Of a DNA stretch of 64,000 nucleotides, positions 39,703 through 55,800 are shown one piece after another. Source of the DNA: Leptogorgia sarmentosa (taxonomy: Eukaryota); assembly GCA_964658305.1 (NCBI GenBank), contig OZ210885.1, positions 14,260,001 to 14,324,000 on the forward strand, read 5' to 3'. A program made the translations under genes and the position numbers. The first letter of the stretch is position 1, and each line of letters opens with the position of its first letter. The notes beneath the pieces were generated by a model. It had not been told where the DNA came from. It saw only the letters and a list, made by a program, of their open reading frames with translations, and did not search any database.

Positions 39703-41859
39703 TGTCAATGACTCAAAAAACAAGGTTGCTTCTTCATATATCACTGTTATTAATGGTGTTGGAGAAGTTGGTTTAAATATAGCAAAATTTCACCACATTT
39801 AACCAACCTTGATAAATTAAACGCCACGTCATCAATGACTCAAAAAACAAGGTTGCTTCTTCATATATCACTGTTATTAACGGTGTTAGAGAAGTTGGTT
39901 TATAGCAAAATTTCACCACATTTAACCAACCTTGATAAATTAAACGCCACATCGTCAATGACTCAAAAAAACAAGGTTGCTTTTTTATGAAAGGTGTTAG
40001 AGAAGTTGGTTAAATTATAGCAAAATTTCACCACATTTAACCAACCTTGATAAATTAAATGCCACATCGTCAATGACTAAAAAAAACAAGGTTGCTTTTT
40101 GATGAAAGGTGTTAGAGAAGTTGGTTAAATTATAGCAAAATTTCACCACATTTATCAAACCTTGATAAATTAAACGCCACATTGTCAATGACTAAAAAAA
40201 CAAGGTTGCTTCTTCATATATCACTGTCATTAACGGTGTTAGAGAAGTTGGTTTATAGCAAAATTTCACCACATTTAACCAACCTTGATAAATTAAACGC
40301 CACATCATCAATGACTCAAAAAAACAAGGTTGCTTTTTTATGAAGGGTGTTAGAGAATTTGGGTAAATTATAGCAAAATTTCGCCACATTGTCAATGACT
40401 CAAAAAACAAGGTTGCTTCTTCATATATCACTGTTATTAACAGTGTTAGAGAAGTTGGTTTAAATATAGCAAAATTTCACCACATTTAACCAACCTTGAT
40501 AAATTAAACGCCACATTGTCAATGACTCAAAAAAACAAGGTTGCTTCTTCATATATCACTGTTATGAAGGGTGTTGGAGAAGTTGGTTAAATTATAGCAA
40601 AATTTCACCACATTAAACCAACCTTGATAAATTAAACGCCACATCATCAATGACTCAAAAAAACAAGGTTGCTTTTTTATGAAGGGTGTTAGAGAAGTTG
40701 GTTAAATTATAGCAAAATTTCACCACATTTAACCAACCTTGATAAATTAAACGCCACACTGTGAATGACTAAAAAAAACAAGGTTGCTTCTTCATATATC
40801 ACTGTTATGAAGGGTGTTAGAGAAGTTGGTTTAAATATAGCAAAATTTCACCACATTTAACCACCCTTGATCAATTAAACGCCACATTGTCAATGACTCA
40901 AAAAAACAAGGTTGCTTTTTTATGAAGGGTGTTAGAGAAGTTGGTTAAATTATAGCAAAATTTCACCACATTTAACCAACCTTGATAAATTAAATGCCAC
41001 ATCGTCAATGACTAAAAAAAACAAGGTTGCTTTTTTATGAAAGGTGTTAGAGAAGTTGGTTAAATTATAGCAAAATTTCACCACATTTATCAAACCTTGA
41101 TAAATTAAATGCCACATTGTCAATGACTCAAAAAACAAGGTTGCTTCTTCATATATCACTGTTATTAACAGTGTTAGAGTAGTTGGTTTATAGCAAAATT
41201 TCACCACATTTAACCAACGTTGATAAATTAAACGCCACATCATCAATGACTCAAAAAAACAAGGTTGCTTTTTTATGAAGGGTGTTAGAGAATTTGGGTA
41301 AATTATAGCAAAATTTCACCACATTTATCCAACCTTGATAAATTAAACGCCACTTTGTCAATGACTCAAAAAACAAGGTTGCTTCTTCATATATCACTGT
41401 TATTAACAGTGTTAGAGAAGTTGGTTTAAATATAGCAAAATTTCACCACATTTAACCAACCTTGATAAATTAAACGCCACATTGTCAATGACTAAAAAAA
41501 ACAAGGTTGCTTTTTTATGAAGGGTGTTAGAGAAGTTGGTTAAATTAGAGCAAAATTTCACCACATTTAACCAACCTTGATAAATTAAATGCCACATTGT
41601 GAATGACTCAAAAAAACAAGGTTGCTTCTTCATATATCACTGTTATGAAGGGTGTTAGAGAAGTTGGTTTAAATAAAGCAACATTTCACCACATTTAACC
41701 AACCTTGATAAATTAAACGCCACATCATCAATGACTAAAAAAAACAAGGTTACTTCTTCATATAACACTGTTATGAAGGGTGTTAGAGAAGTTGGTTAAA
41801 TTATAGCAAAATTTCACCACATTTATCCAACCTTGATAAATTAAACGGCACATTGTCAA

Positions 41860-44800
41860 TGACTCAAAAAACAAGGTTGCTTCTTCATATATCACTGTTA
41901 TTAACGGTGTTTAGACAAGTTGATTTAAATATAGCAAAATTTCACCACATTTAACCAACCTTGATAAATTAAACGCCACATCATCAATGACTCAAAAAAA
42001 CAAGGTTGCTTTTTTATGAAGGGTGTTAGAGAATTTGGGTAAATTATAGCAAAATTTCACCACATTTATCCAACCTTGATAAATTAAAGGCCACATTGTC
42101 AATGACTCAAAAAACAAGGTTGCTTCTTCACATATCACTGTTACTAACGGTGTTAGAGAAGTTGGTTTATAGCAAAATATCACCACAGTTAACCAACCTT
42201 AATCAATTAAACGCCATATCATCAATGACTAAAAAAAACAAGGTTGCTTCTTCATATAACACTGTTATGAAGGGTGTTAGAGAAGTTGGTTAAATTATAG
42301 CAAAATTTCACCACATTTAACCAACCTTGATAAATTAAACGCCACACTGTGAATGACTAAAAAAAACAAGGTTGCTTCTTCATATATCACTGTTATGAAG
42401 GGTGTTAGAGAAGTTGGTTTAAATATAGCAAAATTTCACCACATTTAACCACCCTTGATCAATTAAACGCCACATTGTCAATGACTCAAAAAAACAAGGT
42501 TGCTTTTTTATGAAGGGTGTTAGAGAAGTTGGTTAAATTATAGCATAATTTCACCACATTTAACCAACCTTGATAAATTAAATGCCACATCGTCAATGAC
42601 TAAAAAAAACAAGGTTGCTTTTTTATGAAAGGTGTTAGAGAAGTTGGTTAAATTATAGCAAAATTTCACCACATTTATCAAACCTTGATAAATTAAATGC
42701 CACATTGTCAATGACTCAAAAAACAAGGTTGCTTCTTCATATATCACTGTTATTAACAGTGTTAGAGTAGTTGGTTTATAGCAAAATTTCACCACATTTA
42801 ACCAACCTTGATAAATTAAACGCCACATCATCAATGACTCAAAAAAACAAGGTTGCTTTTTTATGAAGGGTGTTAGAGAATTTGGGTAAATTATAGCAAA
42901 ATTTCACCACATTTATCCAACCTTGATAAATTAAACGCCACTTTGTCAATGACTCAAAAAACAAGGTTGCTTCTTCATATATCACTGTTATTAACAGTGT
43001 TAGAGAAGTTGGTTTAAATATAGCAAAATTTCACCACATTTAACCAACCTTGATAAATTAAACGCCACATTGTCAATGACTCAAAAAAACAAGGTTGCTT
43101 TTTTATGAAGGGTGTTAGACAAGTTGGTTAAATTATAGCAAAATTTCACCACATTTAACCAACCTTGATAAATTAAATGCCACATTGTGAATGACTCAAA
43201 AAAACAAGGTTGCTTCTTCATATATCACTGTTATGAAGGGTGTTAGAGAAGTTGGTTTAAATAAAGCAACATTTCACCACATTTAACCAACCTTGATAAA
43301 TTAAACGCCACATTGTCAATGACTCAAAAAAACAAGGTTGCGTTTTTATGAAGGGTTTTAGAGAAGTTGGTTAAATTATAGCAAAATTTCACCACATTTA
43401 ACCAACCTTGATAAATTAAACGCCACATTGTGAATGACTAAAAAAAACAAGGTTGCTTCTTCATATATCACTGTTATGAAGGGTGTTAGAGAAGTTGGTT
43501 TAAATAAAGCAACATTTCACCACATTTAACCAACCTTGATAAATTAAATGCCACATCGTCAATGACTAAAAAAAACAAGGTTGCTTTTTTATGAAAGCTG
43601 TTAGAGAAGTTGGTTAAATTATAGCAAAATTTCACCACATTTATCAAACCTTGATAAATTAAACGCCACATCATCAATGACTCAAAAAAACAAGGTTGCT
43701 TTTTTATGAAAGCTGTTAGAGAAGTTGGTTAAATTATAGCAAAATTTCACCACATTTAACCAACCTTGATAAATTAAATGCCACATTGTCAATGACTCAA
43801 AAAAACAAGGTTGCTTCTTCATATATCACTGTTATGAAGGGTGTTGGAGAAGTTGGTTAAATTATAGCAAAATTTCACGACATTTAACCAACCTTGATAA
43901 ATTAAATTCCACATGGTCAATGACTCAAAAAAACAAGGTTGCTTCTTCATATATCACTGTTATGAAGGGTGTTAGAGAAGTTGGTTAAAACATACCAAAA
44001 TTTCACCACATTTAACCAACCTTGATAAATTAAATGCCACATCGTCAATGACTCAAAAAAACAAGGTTGCTTTTTTATGAAAGGTGTTAGAGAAGTTGGT
44101 TAAATGATAGCAAAATTTCACCACATTTAACCAACCTTGATAAATTAAATGCCACATCGTCAATGACTAAAAAAAACAAGGTTGCTTTTTTATGAAAGCT
44201 GTTAGAGAAGTTGGTTAAATTATAGCAAAATTTCACCACATTTATCAAACCTTGATAAATTAAACGCCACATCATCAATGACTCAAAAAAACAAGGTTGC
44301 TTTTTTATGAAAGCTGTTAGAGAAGTTGGTTAAATTATAGCAAAATTTCACCACATTTAACCAACCTTGATAAATTAAATGCCACATTGTCAATGACTCA
44401 AAAAAACAAGGTTGCTTCTTCATATATCACTGTTATGAAGGGTGTTGGAGAAGTTGGTTAAATTATAGCAAAATTTCACGACATTTAACCAACCTTGATA
44501 AATTAAATGCCACATGGTCAATGACTCAAAAAAACAAGGTTGCTTCTTCATATATCACTGTTATGAAGGGTGTTAGAGAAGTTGGTTAAAATATACCAAA
44601 ATTTCACCACATTTAACCAACCTTGATAAATTAAATGCCACATCGTCAATGACTCAAAAAAACAAGGTTGCTTGTTCATATATCACTGTTATGAAGGGTG
44701 TTAGAGAAGTTCGTTAAAATATAGCAACATTTCGCCACATTGAACCAACCTTGATAAATTAAACGCCACGTCGTCAATGGCTCAAAAAAACAAGGTTGCT

Positions 44801-47800
44801 TCTTCATATATCACTGTTATGAAGGGTGTTAGAGAAGTTGGTTAAATTATAGCAAAATTTCACCACATTTAACCAACCTTAATAAATTAAACGCCACATT
44901 GTCAATGACTCAAAAAACAAGGTTGCTTCTTCATATATCACTGTTATGAAGGGTGTTGGAGAAGTTGGTTAAATTATAGCAAAATTTCACGACATTTAAC
45001 CAACCTTGATAAATTAAATGCCACATGGTCAATGACTCAAAAAAACAAGGTTGCTTCTTCATATATCACTGTTATGAAGGGTGTTAGAGAAGTTGGTTAA
45101 AATATACCAAAATTTCACCACATTTAACCAACCTTGATAAATTAAATGCCACATCGTCAATGACTCAAAAAAACAAGGTTGCTTGTTCATATATCACTGT
45201 TATGAAGGGTGTTAGAGAAGTTCGTTAAAATATAGCAACATTTCGCCACATTGAACCAACCTTGATAAATTAAACGCCACGTCGTCAATGGCTCAAAAAA
45301 ACAAGGTTGCTTCTTCATATATCACTGTTATGAAGGGTGTTAGAGAAGTTGGTTAAATTATAGCAAAATTTCACCACATTTAACCAACCTTAATAAATTA
45401 AACGCCACATTGTCAATGACTCAAAAAACAAGGTTGCTTCTTCATATATCACTGTTATTAATGGTGTTAGAGAAGTTGGTTTAAATATAGCAAAATTTCA
45501 CCACATTTAACCAACCTTGATAAATTAAACGCCACATCATCAATGACACAAAAAACAAGGTTGCTTCTTCATATATCACTGTTATGAAGGGTGTTAGAGA
45601 AGTTGGTTTAAATATAGCAAAATTTCACCACATTTAACCAACCTTGATAAATTAAACCCCACATCATCAATGACACAAAAAACAAGGTTGCTTCTTCATA
45701 TATCACTGTTATGAAGGGTGTTAGAGAAGTTGGTTAAATTATAGCAAAATTTCACCACATTTAACCAACCTTGATAAATTAAACGCCACGTCATCAATGA
45801 CTCAAAAAACAAGGTTGCTTCTTCATATATCACTGTTATTAACGGTGTTAGAGAAGTTGGTTTATAGCAAAATTTCACCACATTTAACCAACCTTGATAA
45901 ATTAAACGCCACATCGTCAATGACTCAAAAAAACAAGGTTGCTTTTTTATGAAAGGTGTTAGAGAAGTTGGTTAAATTATAGCAAAATTTCACCACATTT
46001 AACCAACCTTGATAAATTAAATGCCACATCGTCAATGACTAAAAAAAACAAGGTTGCTTTTTGATGAAAGGTGTTAGAGAAGTTGGTTAAATTATAGCAA
46101 AATTTCACCACATTTATCAAACCTTGATAAATTAAACGCCACATTGTCAATGACTAAAAAAACAAGGTTGCTTCTTCATATATCACTGTCATTAACGGTG
46201 TTAGAGAAGTTGGTTTATAGCAAAATTTCACCACATTTAACCAACCTTGATAAATTAAACGCCACATCATCAATGACTCAAAAAAACAAGGTTGCTTCTT
46301 CATATATCACTGTTATGAAGGGTGTTGGAGAAGTTGGTTAAATTATAGCAAAATTTCACCACATTAAACCAACCTTGATAAATTAAACGCCACATCATCA
46401 ATGACTCAAAAAAACAAGGTTGCTTTTTCATGAAGGGTGTTAGAGAAGTTGGTTAAATTATAGCAAAATTTCATCACATTTAACCAACCTTGATAAATTA
46501 AACGCCACATTGTGAATGACTCAAAAAAACAAGGTTGCTTCTTCATATATCACTGTTATGAAGGGTGTTAGAGAAGTTGGTTTAAATAAAGCAACATTTC
46601 ACCACATTTAACCAACCTTGATAAATTAAACGCCACATTGTCAATGACTAAAAAAACAAGGTTGCTTCTTCATATATCACTGTTATGAAGGGTGTTGGAG
46701 AAGTTGGTTAAATTATAGCAAAATTTCACCACATTTAACCAATCTTGATAAATTAAATGCCACATGGTCAATGACTCAAAAAAACAAGGTTGCTTCTTCA
46801 TATATCACTGTTATGAAGGGTGTTAGAGAAGTTGATTAAAATATACCAAAATTTCACCACATTTAACCAACCTTGATAAATTAAATGCCACATCGTCAAT
46901 GACTCAAAAAAACAAGGTTGCTTGTTCATATATCACTGTTGTGAAGGGTGTTGGAGAAGTTCGTTAAAATATAGCAACATTTCGCCACATTGAACCAACC
47001 TTGATAAATTAAACGCCACGTCGTCAATGGCTCAAAAAAACAAGGTTGCTTCTTCATATATCACTGTTATGAAGGGTGTTAGAGAAGTTGGTTTATAGCA
47101 AAATTTCACCACATTTAACCAACCTTGATAAATTAAACGCCACATCATCAATGACTCAAAAAAACAAGGTTGCTTTTTTATGAAAGGTGTTAGAGAAGTT
47201 GGTTAAATTATAGCAAAATTTCACCACATTTATCCAACCTTGATAAATTAAACGCCACTTTGTCAATGACTCAAAAAACAAGGTTGCTTCTTCATATATC
47301 ACTGTTATTAACAGTGTTAGAGAAGTTGGTTTAAATATAGCAAAATTTCACCACATTTAACCAACCTTGATAAATTAAACGCCACATTGTCAATGACTCA
47401 AAAAAACAAGGTTGCTTCTTCATATATCACTGTTATGAAGGGTGTTGGAGAAGTTGGTTAAATTATAGCAAAATTTCACCACATTTAAGCAACCTTGATA
47501 AATTAAACGCCACATCGTGAATGACTAAAAAAAACAAGGTTGCTTCTTCATATATCACTGTTATGAAGGGTGTTAGAGAAGTTGATTTAAATATAGCAAA
47601 ATTTCACCACATTTAACCAACCTTGATAAATTAAATGCCACATCGTCAATGACTAAAAAAAACAAGGTTGCTTTTTGATGAAAGGTGTTAGAGAAGTTGG
47701 TTAAATTATAGCAAAATTTCACCACATTTATCAAACCTTGATAAATTAAACGCCACATTGTCAATGACTCAAAAAACAAGGTTGCTTCTTCATATATCAC

Positions 47801-49855
47801 TGTTATTAATGGTGTTAGAGAAGTTGGTTTATAGCAAAATTTCACCACATTTAACCAACCTTGATAAATTAAACGCCACATCATCAATGACTCAAAAAAA
47901 CAAGGTTGCTTTTTTATGAAGGGTGTTAGAGAATTTGGGTAAATTATAGCAAAATTTCACCACATTTATCCAACCTTGATAAATTAAACGCCACATTGTC
48001 AATGACTCAAAAAACAAGGTTGCTTCTTCATATATCACTGTTATTAACAGTGTTAGAGAAGTTGGTTTAAATATAGCAAAATTTCACCACATTTAACCAA
48101 CCTTGATAAATTAAACGCCACATTGTCAATGACTCAAAAAAAACAAGGTTGCTTCTTCATATATCACTGTTATGAAGGGTGTTGGAGAAGTTGGTTAAAT
48201 GATAGCAAAATTTCACCACATTTAACCAACCTTGATAAATTAAACGCCACACTGTGAATGACTAAAAAAAACAAGGTTGCTTCTTCATATATCACTGTTA
48301 TGAAGGGTGTTAGAGAAGTTGGTTTAAATATAGCAAAATTTCACCACATTTATCCAACCTTGATAAATTAAACGGCACATTGTCAATGACTCAAAAAACA
48401 AGGTTGCTTCTTCATATATCACTGTTATGAAGGGTGTTGGAGAAGTTGGTTAAATTATAGCAAAATTTCACCACATTCATCAAACCTTGATAAATTAAAT
48501 GCCACATTGTCAATGACTCAAAAAACAAGGTTCCTTCTTCATATATCACTGTTATTAACAGTGTTAGAGTAGTTGGTTTATAGCAAAATTTCACCACATT
48601 TAACCAACCTTGATAAATTAAACGCCACATCATCAATGACTCAAAAAAACAAGGTTGCTTTTTTATGAAGGGTGTTAGCGAATTTGGGTAAATTATAGCA
48701 AAATTTCACCACATTTAACCAACCTTGATAAATTAAACGCCACATCATCAATGACTCAAAAAAACAAGGTTGCTTTTTTATGAAGGGTGTTAGAGAATTT
48801 GGGTAAATTATAGCAAAATTTCACCACATTTATCCAACCTTCATAAATTAAACGCCACTTTGTCAATGACTCAAAAAACAAGGTTGCTTCTTCATATATC
48901 ACTGTTATTAACGGTGTTAGACAAGTTGATTTAAATATAGCAAAATTTCACCACATTTAACCAACCTTGATAAATTAAACGCCACATCATCAATGACTCA
49001 AAAAAACAAGGTTGCTTTTTTATGAAGGGTGTTAGAGAATTTGGGTAAATTATAGCAAAATTTCACCACATTTATCCAACCTTGATAAATTAAAGGCCAC
49101 ATTGTCAATGACTCAAAAAACAAGGTTGCTTCTTCACATATCACTGTTACTAACGGTGTTAGAGAAGTTGGTTTATAGCAAAATATCACCACAGTTAACC
49201 AACCTTAATCAATTAAACGCCATATCATCAATGACTAAAAAAAACAAGGTTGCTTCTTCATATAACACTGTTATGAAGGGTGTTAGAGAAGTTGGTTAAA
49301 TTATAGCAAAATTTCACCACATTTAACCAACCTTGATAAATTAAACGCCACACTGTGAATGACTAAAAAAAACAAGGTTGCTTCTTCATATATCACTGTT
49401 ATGAAGGGTGTTAGAGAAGTTGGTTTAAATATAGCAAAATTTCACCACATTTAACCACCCTTGATCAATTAAACGCCACATTGTCAATGACTCAAAAAAA
49501 CAAGGTTGCTTTTTTATGAAGGGTGTTAGAGAAGTTGGTTAAATTATAGCATAATTTCACCACATTTAACCAACCTTGATAAATTAAATGCCACATCGTC
49601 AATGACTAAAAAAAACAAGGTTGCTTTTTTATGAAAGGTGTTAGAGAAGTTGGTTAAATTATAGCAAAATTTCACCACATTTATCAAACCTTGATAAATT
49701 AAATGCCACATTGTCAATGACTCAAAAAACAAGGTTGCTTCTTCATATATCACTGTTATTAACAGTGTTAGAGTAGTTGGTTTATAGCAAAATTTCACCA
49801 CATTTAACCAACCTTGATAAATTAAACGCCACATCATCAATGACTCAAAAAAACA
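41860..49855 (+). repeat. ~1-kb block duplicated at an offset of 7006 bp (~41860-42855 and ~48870-49855)
   Basis: ORF pairs 41992/48998, 42096/49102 and 42538/49544. Shared rare variants are ttaaaggccac, agacaagttgat and gcataatttc. Confidence 0.85.
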
Positions 49856-52800
49856 AGTTTCCTTTTTTATGAAGGGTGTTAGAGAAGTTGGGTAAATTAT
49901 AGCAAAATTTCACCACATTTAACCAACCTTGATAAATTAAATGCCACATCGTCAATGACTAAAAAAAACAAGGTTGCTTTTTTATGAAAGGTGTTAGAGA
50001 AGTTGGTTAAATTATAGCAAAATTTCACCACATTTATCAAACCTTGATAAATTAAATGCCACATTGTCAATGACTCAAAAAACAAGGTTGCTTCTTCATA
50101 TATCACTGTTATGAAGGGTGTTGGAGAAGTTGGTTAAATTATAGCAAAATTTCACCACATTTAACCAACCTTGATAAATTAAACGCCACACTGTGAATGA
50201 CTAAAAAAAACAAGGTTGCTTCTTCATATATCACTGTTATGAAGGGTGTTAGAGAAGTTGGTTTAAATATAGCAAAATTTCACCACATTTAACCACCCTT
50301 GATCAATTAAACGCCACATTGTCAATGACTCAAAAAAACAAGGTTGCTTTTTTATGAAGGGTGTTAGAGAAGTTGGTTAAATTATAGCAAAATTTCACCA
50401 CATTTAACCAACCTTGATAAATTAAATGCCACATCGTCAATGACTAAAAAAAACAAGGTTGCTTTTTTATGAAAGGTGTTAGAGAAGTTGGTTAAATTAT
50501 AGCAAAATTTCACCACATTTATCAAACCTTGATAAATTAAATGCCACATTGTCAATGACTCAAAAAACAAGGTTGCTTCTTCATATATCACTGTTATTAA
50601 CAGTGTTAGAGTAGTTGGTTTATAGCAAAATTTCACCACATTTAACCAACCTTGATAAATTAAATGCCACATTGTCAATGACTCAAAAAAACAAGGTTGC
50701 TTCTTCATATATCACTGTTATGAAGGGTGTTGGAGAAGTTGGTTAAATTATAGCAAAATTTCACGACATTTAACCAACCTTGATAAATTAAATTCCACAT
50801 GGTCAATGACTCAAAAAAACAAGGTTGCTTCTTCATATATCACTGTTATGAAGGGTGTTAGAGAAGTTGGTTAAAACATACCAAAATTTCACCACATTTA
50901 ACCAACCTTGATAAATTAAATGCCACATCGTCAATGACTCAAAAAAACAAGGTTGCTTTTTTATGAAAGGTGTTAGAGAAGTTGGTTAAATGATAGCAAA
51001 ATTTCACCACATTTAACCAACCTTGATAAATTAAATGCCACATCGTCAATGACTAAAAAAAACAAGGTTGCTTTTTTATGAAAGCTGTTAGAGAAGTTGG
51101 TTAAATTATAGCAAAATTTCACCACATTTATCAAACCTTGATAAATTAAACGCCACATCATCAATGACTCAAAAAAACAAGGTTGCTTTTTTATGAAAGC
51201 TGTTAGAGAAGTTGGTTAAATTATAGCAAAATTTCACCACATTTAACCAACCTTGATAAATTAAATGCCACATTGTCAATGACTCAAAAAAACAAGGTTG
51301 CTTCTTCATATATCACTGTTATGAAGGGTGTTGGAGAAGTTGGTTAAATTATAGCAAAATTTCACGACATTTAACCAACCTTGATAAATTAAATGCCACA
51401 TGGTCAATGACTCAAAAAAACAAGGTTGCTTCTTCATATATCACTGTTATGAAGGGTGTTAGAGAAGTTGGTTAAAATATACCAAAATTTCACCACATTT
51501 AACCAACCTTGATAAATTAAATGCCACATCGTCAATGACTCAAAAAAACAAGGTTGCTTTTTTATGAAAGGTGTTAGAGAAGTTGGTTAAATGATAGCAA
51601 AATTTCACCACATTTAACCAACCTTGATAAATTAAATGCCACATCGTCAATGACTAAAAAAAACAAGGTTGCTTTTTTATGAAAGCTGTTAGAGAAGTTG
51701 GTTAAATTATAGCAAAATTTCACCACATTTATCAAACCTTGATAAATTAAATGCCACATCATCAATGACTCAAAAAAACAAGGTTGCTTTTTTATGAAAG
51801 CTGTTAGAGAAGTTGGTTAAATTATAGCAAAATTTCACCACATTTAACCAACCTTGATAAATTAAATGCCACATTGTCAATGACTCAAAAAAACAAGGTT
51901 GCTTCTTCATATATCACTGTTATGAAGGGTGTTGGAGAAGTTGGTTAAATTATAGCAAAATTTCACGACATTTAACCAACCTTGATAAATTAAATGCCAC
52001 ATGGTCAATGACTCAAAAAAACAAGGTTGCTTCTTCATATATCACTGTTATGAAGGGTGTTAGAGAAGTTGGTTAAAATATACCAAAATTTCACCACATT
52101 TAACCAACCTTGATAAATTAAATGCCACATCGTCAATGACTCAAAAAAACAAGGTTGCTTGTTCATATATCACTGTTATGAAGGGTGTTAGAGAAGTTCG
52201 TTAAAATATAGCAACATTTCGCCACATTGAACCAACCTTGATAAATTAAACGCCACATTGTCAATGACTCAAAAAAACAAGGTTGCTTCTTCATATATCA
52301 CTGTTATTAACAGTGTTAGAGAAGTTGGTTTAAATATAGCAAAATTTCACCACATTTAACCAACCTTGATAAATTAAACGCCACATTGTCAATGACTCAA
52401 AAAAACAAGGTTGCTTCTTCATATATCACTGTTATGAAGGGTGTTGGAGAAGTTGGTTAAATTATAGCAAAATTTCACCACATTAAACCAACCTTGATAA
52501 ATTAAACGCCACATTGTCAATGACTCAAAAAAACAAGGTTGCTTCTTCATATATCACTGTTATGAAGGGTGTTAGAGAAGTTGGTTTAAATAAAGCAACA
52601 TTTCACCACATTTAACCAACCTTGATAAATTAAACGCCACATTGTCAATGACTAAAAAAACAAGGTTGCTTCTTCACATATCACTGTTACTAACGGTGTT
52701 AGAGAAGTTGGTTTATAGCAAAATTTCACCACATTTAACCAACCTTGATAAATTAAACGCCACATCATCAATGACTCAAAAAAACAAGTTTGCTTCTTCA

Positions 52801-52889
52801 TATAACACTGTTATGAAGGGTGTTGGAGAACTTGGTTAAATTATAGAAAAATTTCACCACATTTAACCAACCTTGATAAATTAAATGCC

Positions 52890-55800
52890 ACATTGTCAAT
52901 GACTCAAAAAACAAGGTTCCTTCTTCATATATCACTGTTATTAACAGTGTTAGAGTAGTTGGTTTATAGCAAAATTTCACCACATTTAACCAACCTTGAT
53001 AAATTAAACGCCACATCATCAATGACTCAAAAAAACAAGGTTGCTTTTTTATGAAGGGTGTTAGAGAATTTGGGTAAATTATAGCAAAATTTCACCACAT
53101 TTAACCAACCTTGATAAATTAAACGCCACATCATCAATGACTCAAAAAAACAAGGTTGCTTTTTTATGAAGGGTGTTAGAGAATTTGGGTAAATTATAGC
53201 AAAATTTCACCACATTTATCCAACCTTCATAAATTAAACGCCACTTTGTCAATGACTAAAAAAAACAAGGTTGCTTCTTCATATATCACTGTTATTAACG
53301 GTGTTAGACAAGTTGATTTAAATATAGCAAAATTTCACCACATTTAACCACCCTTGATCAATTAAACGCCACATTGTCAATGACTCAAAAAAACAAGGTT
53401 GCTTTTTTATGAAGGGTGTTAGAGAAGTTGGTTAAATTATAGCAAAATTTCACCACATTTAACCAACCTTGATAAATTAAATGCCACATCGTCAATGACT
53501 AAAAAAAACAAGGTTGCTTTTTTATGAAAGGTGTTAGAGAAGTTGGTTAAATTATAGCAAAATTTCACCACATTTATCAAACCTTGATAAATTAAATGCC
53601 ACATTGTCAATGACTCAAAAAACAAGGTTGCTTCTTCATATATCACTGTTATTAACAGTGTTAGAGTAGTTGGTTTATAGCAAAATTTCACCACATTTAA
53701 CCAACCTTGATAAATTAAATGCCACATTGTCAATGACTCAAAAAAACAAGGTTGCTTCTTCATATATCACTGTTATGAAGGGTGTTGGAGAAGTTGGTTA
53801 AATTATAGCAAAATTTCACGACATTTAACCAACCTTGATAAATTAAATTCCACATGGTCAATGACTCAAAAAAACAAGGTTGCTTCTTCATATATCACTG
53901 TTATGAAGGGTGTTAGAGAAGTTGGTTAAAACATACCAAAATTTCACCACATTTAACCAACCTTGATAAATTAAATGCCACATCGTGAATGACTCAAAAA
54001 AACAAGGTTGCTTTTTTATGAAAGGTGTTAGAGAAGTTGGTTAAATGATAGCAAAATTTCACCACATTTAACCAACCTTGATAAATTAAATGCCACATCG
54101 TCAATGACTAAAAAAAACAAGGTTGCTTTTTTATGAAAGCTGTTAGAGAAGTTGGTTAAATTATAGCAAAATTTCACCACATTTATCAAACCTTGATAAA
54201 TTAAACGCCACATCATCAATGACTCAAAAAAACAAGGTTGCTTTTTTATGAAAGCTGTTAGAGAAGTTGGTTAAATTATAGCAAAATTTCACCACATTTA
54301 ACCAACCTTGATAAATTAAATGCCACATTGTCAATGACTCAAAAAAACAAGGTTGCTTCTTCATATATCACTGTTATGAAGGGTGTTGGAGAAGTTGGTT
54401 AAATTATAGCAAAATTTCACGACATTTAACCAACCTTGATAAATTAAATGCCACATGGTCAATGACTCAAAAAAACAAGGTTGCTTCTTCATATATCACT
54501 GTTATGAAGGGTGTTAGAGAAGTTGGTTAAAATATACCAAAATTTCACCACATTTAACCAACCTTGATAAATTAAATGCCACATCGTCAATGACTCAAAA
54601 AAACAAGGTTGCTTTTTTATGAAAGGTGTTAGAGAAGTTGGTTAAATGATAGCAAAATTTCACCACATTTAACCAACCTTGATAAATTAAATGCCACATC
54701 GTCAATGACTAAAAAAAACAAGGTTGCTTTTTTATGAAAGCTGTTAGAGAAGTTGGTTAAATTATAGCAAAATTTCACCACATTTATCAAACCTTGATAA
54801 ATTAAATGCCACATCATCAATGACTCAAAAAAACAAGGTTGCTTTTTTATGAAAGCTGTTAGAGAAGTTGGTTAAATTATAGCAAAATTTCACCACATTT
54901 AACCAACCTTGATAAATTAAATGCCACATTGTCAATGACTCAAAAAAACAAGGTTGCTTCTTCATATATCACTGTTATGAAGGGTGTTGGAGAAGTTGGT
55001 TAAATTATAGCAAAATTTCACGACATTTAACCAACCTTGATAAATTAAATGCCACATGGTCAATGACTCAAAAAAACAAGGTTGCTTCTTCATATATCAC
55101 TGTTATGAAGGGTGTTAGAGAAGTTGGTTAAAATATACCAAAATTTCACCACATTTAACCAACCTTGATAAATTAAATGCCACATCGTCAATGACTCAAA
55201 AAAACAAGGTTGCTTGTTCATATATCACTGTTATGAAGGGTGTTAGAGAAGTTCGTTAAAATATAGCAACATTTCGCCACATTGAACCAACCTTGATAAA
55301 TTAAACGCCACATTGTCAATGACTCAAAAAAACAAGGTTGCTTCTTCATATATCACTGTTATTAACAGTGTTAGAGAAGTTGGTTTAAATATAGCAAAAT
55401 TTCACCACATTTAACCAACCTTGATAAATTAAACGCCACATTGTCAATGACTCAAAAAAACAAGGTTGCTTCTTCATATATCACTGTTATGAAGGGTGTT
55501 AGAGAAGTTGATTTAAATATAGCAAAATTTCACCACATTTAACCAACCTTGATAAATTAAATGCCACATCGTCAATGACTAAAAAAAACAAGGTTGCTTT
55601 TTGATGAAAGGTGTTAGAGAAGTTGGTTAAATTATAGCAAAATTTCACCACATTTATCAAACCTTGATAAATTAAACGCCACATTGTCAATGACTCAAAA
55701 AACAAGGTTGCTTCTTCATATATCACTGTTATTAATGGTGTTAGAGAAGTTGGTTTATAGCAAAATTTCACCACATTTAACCAACCTTGATAAATTAAAC

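Noticed and set aside
41905..41915. Single-base insertion (ggtgtttagac) and A8/A9 run variants
   Set aside because: These are homopolymer-length changes. Singletons may be sequencing errors and carry little information.
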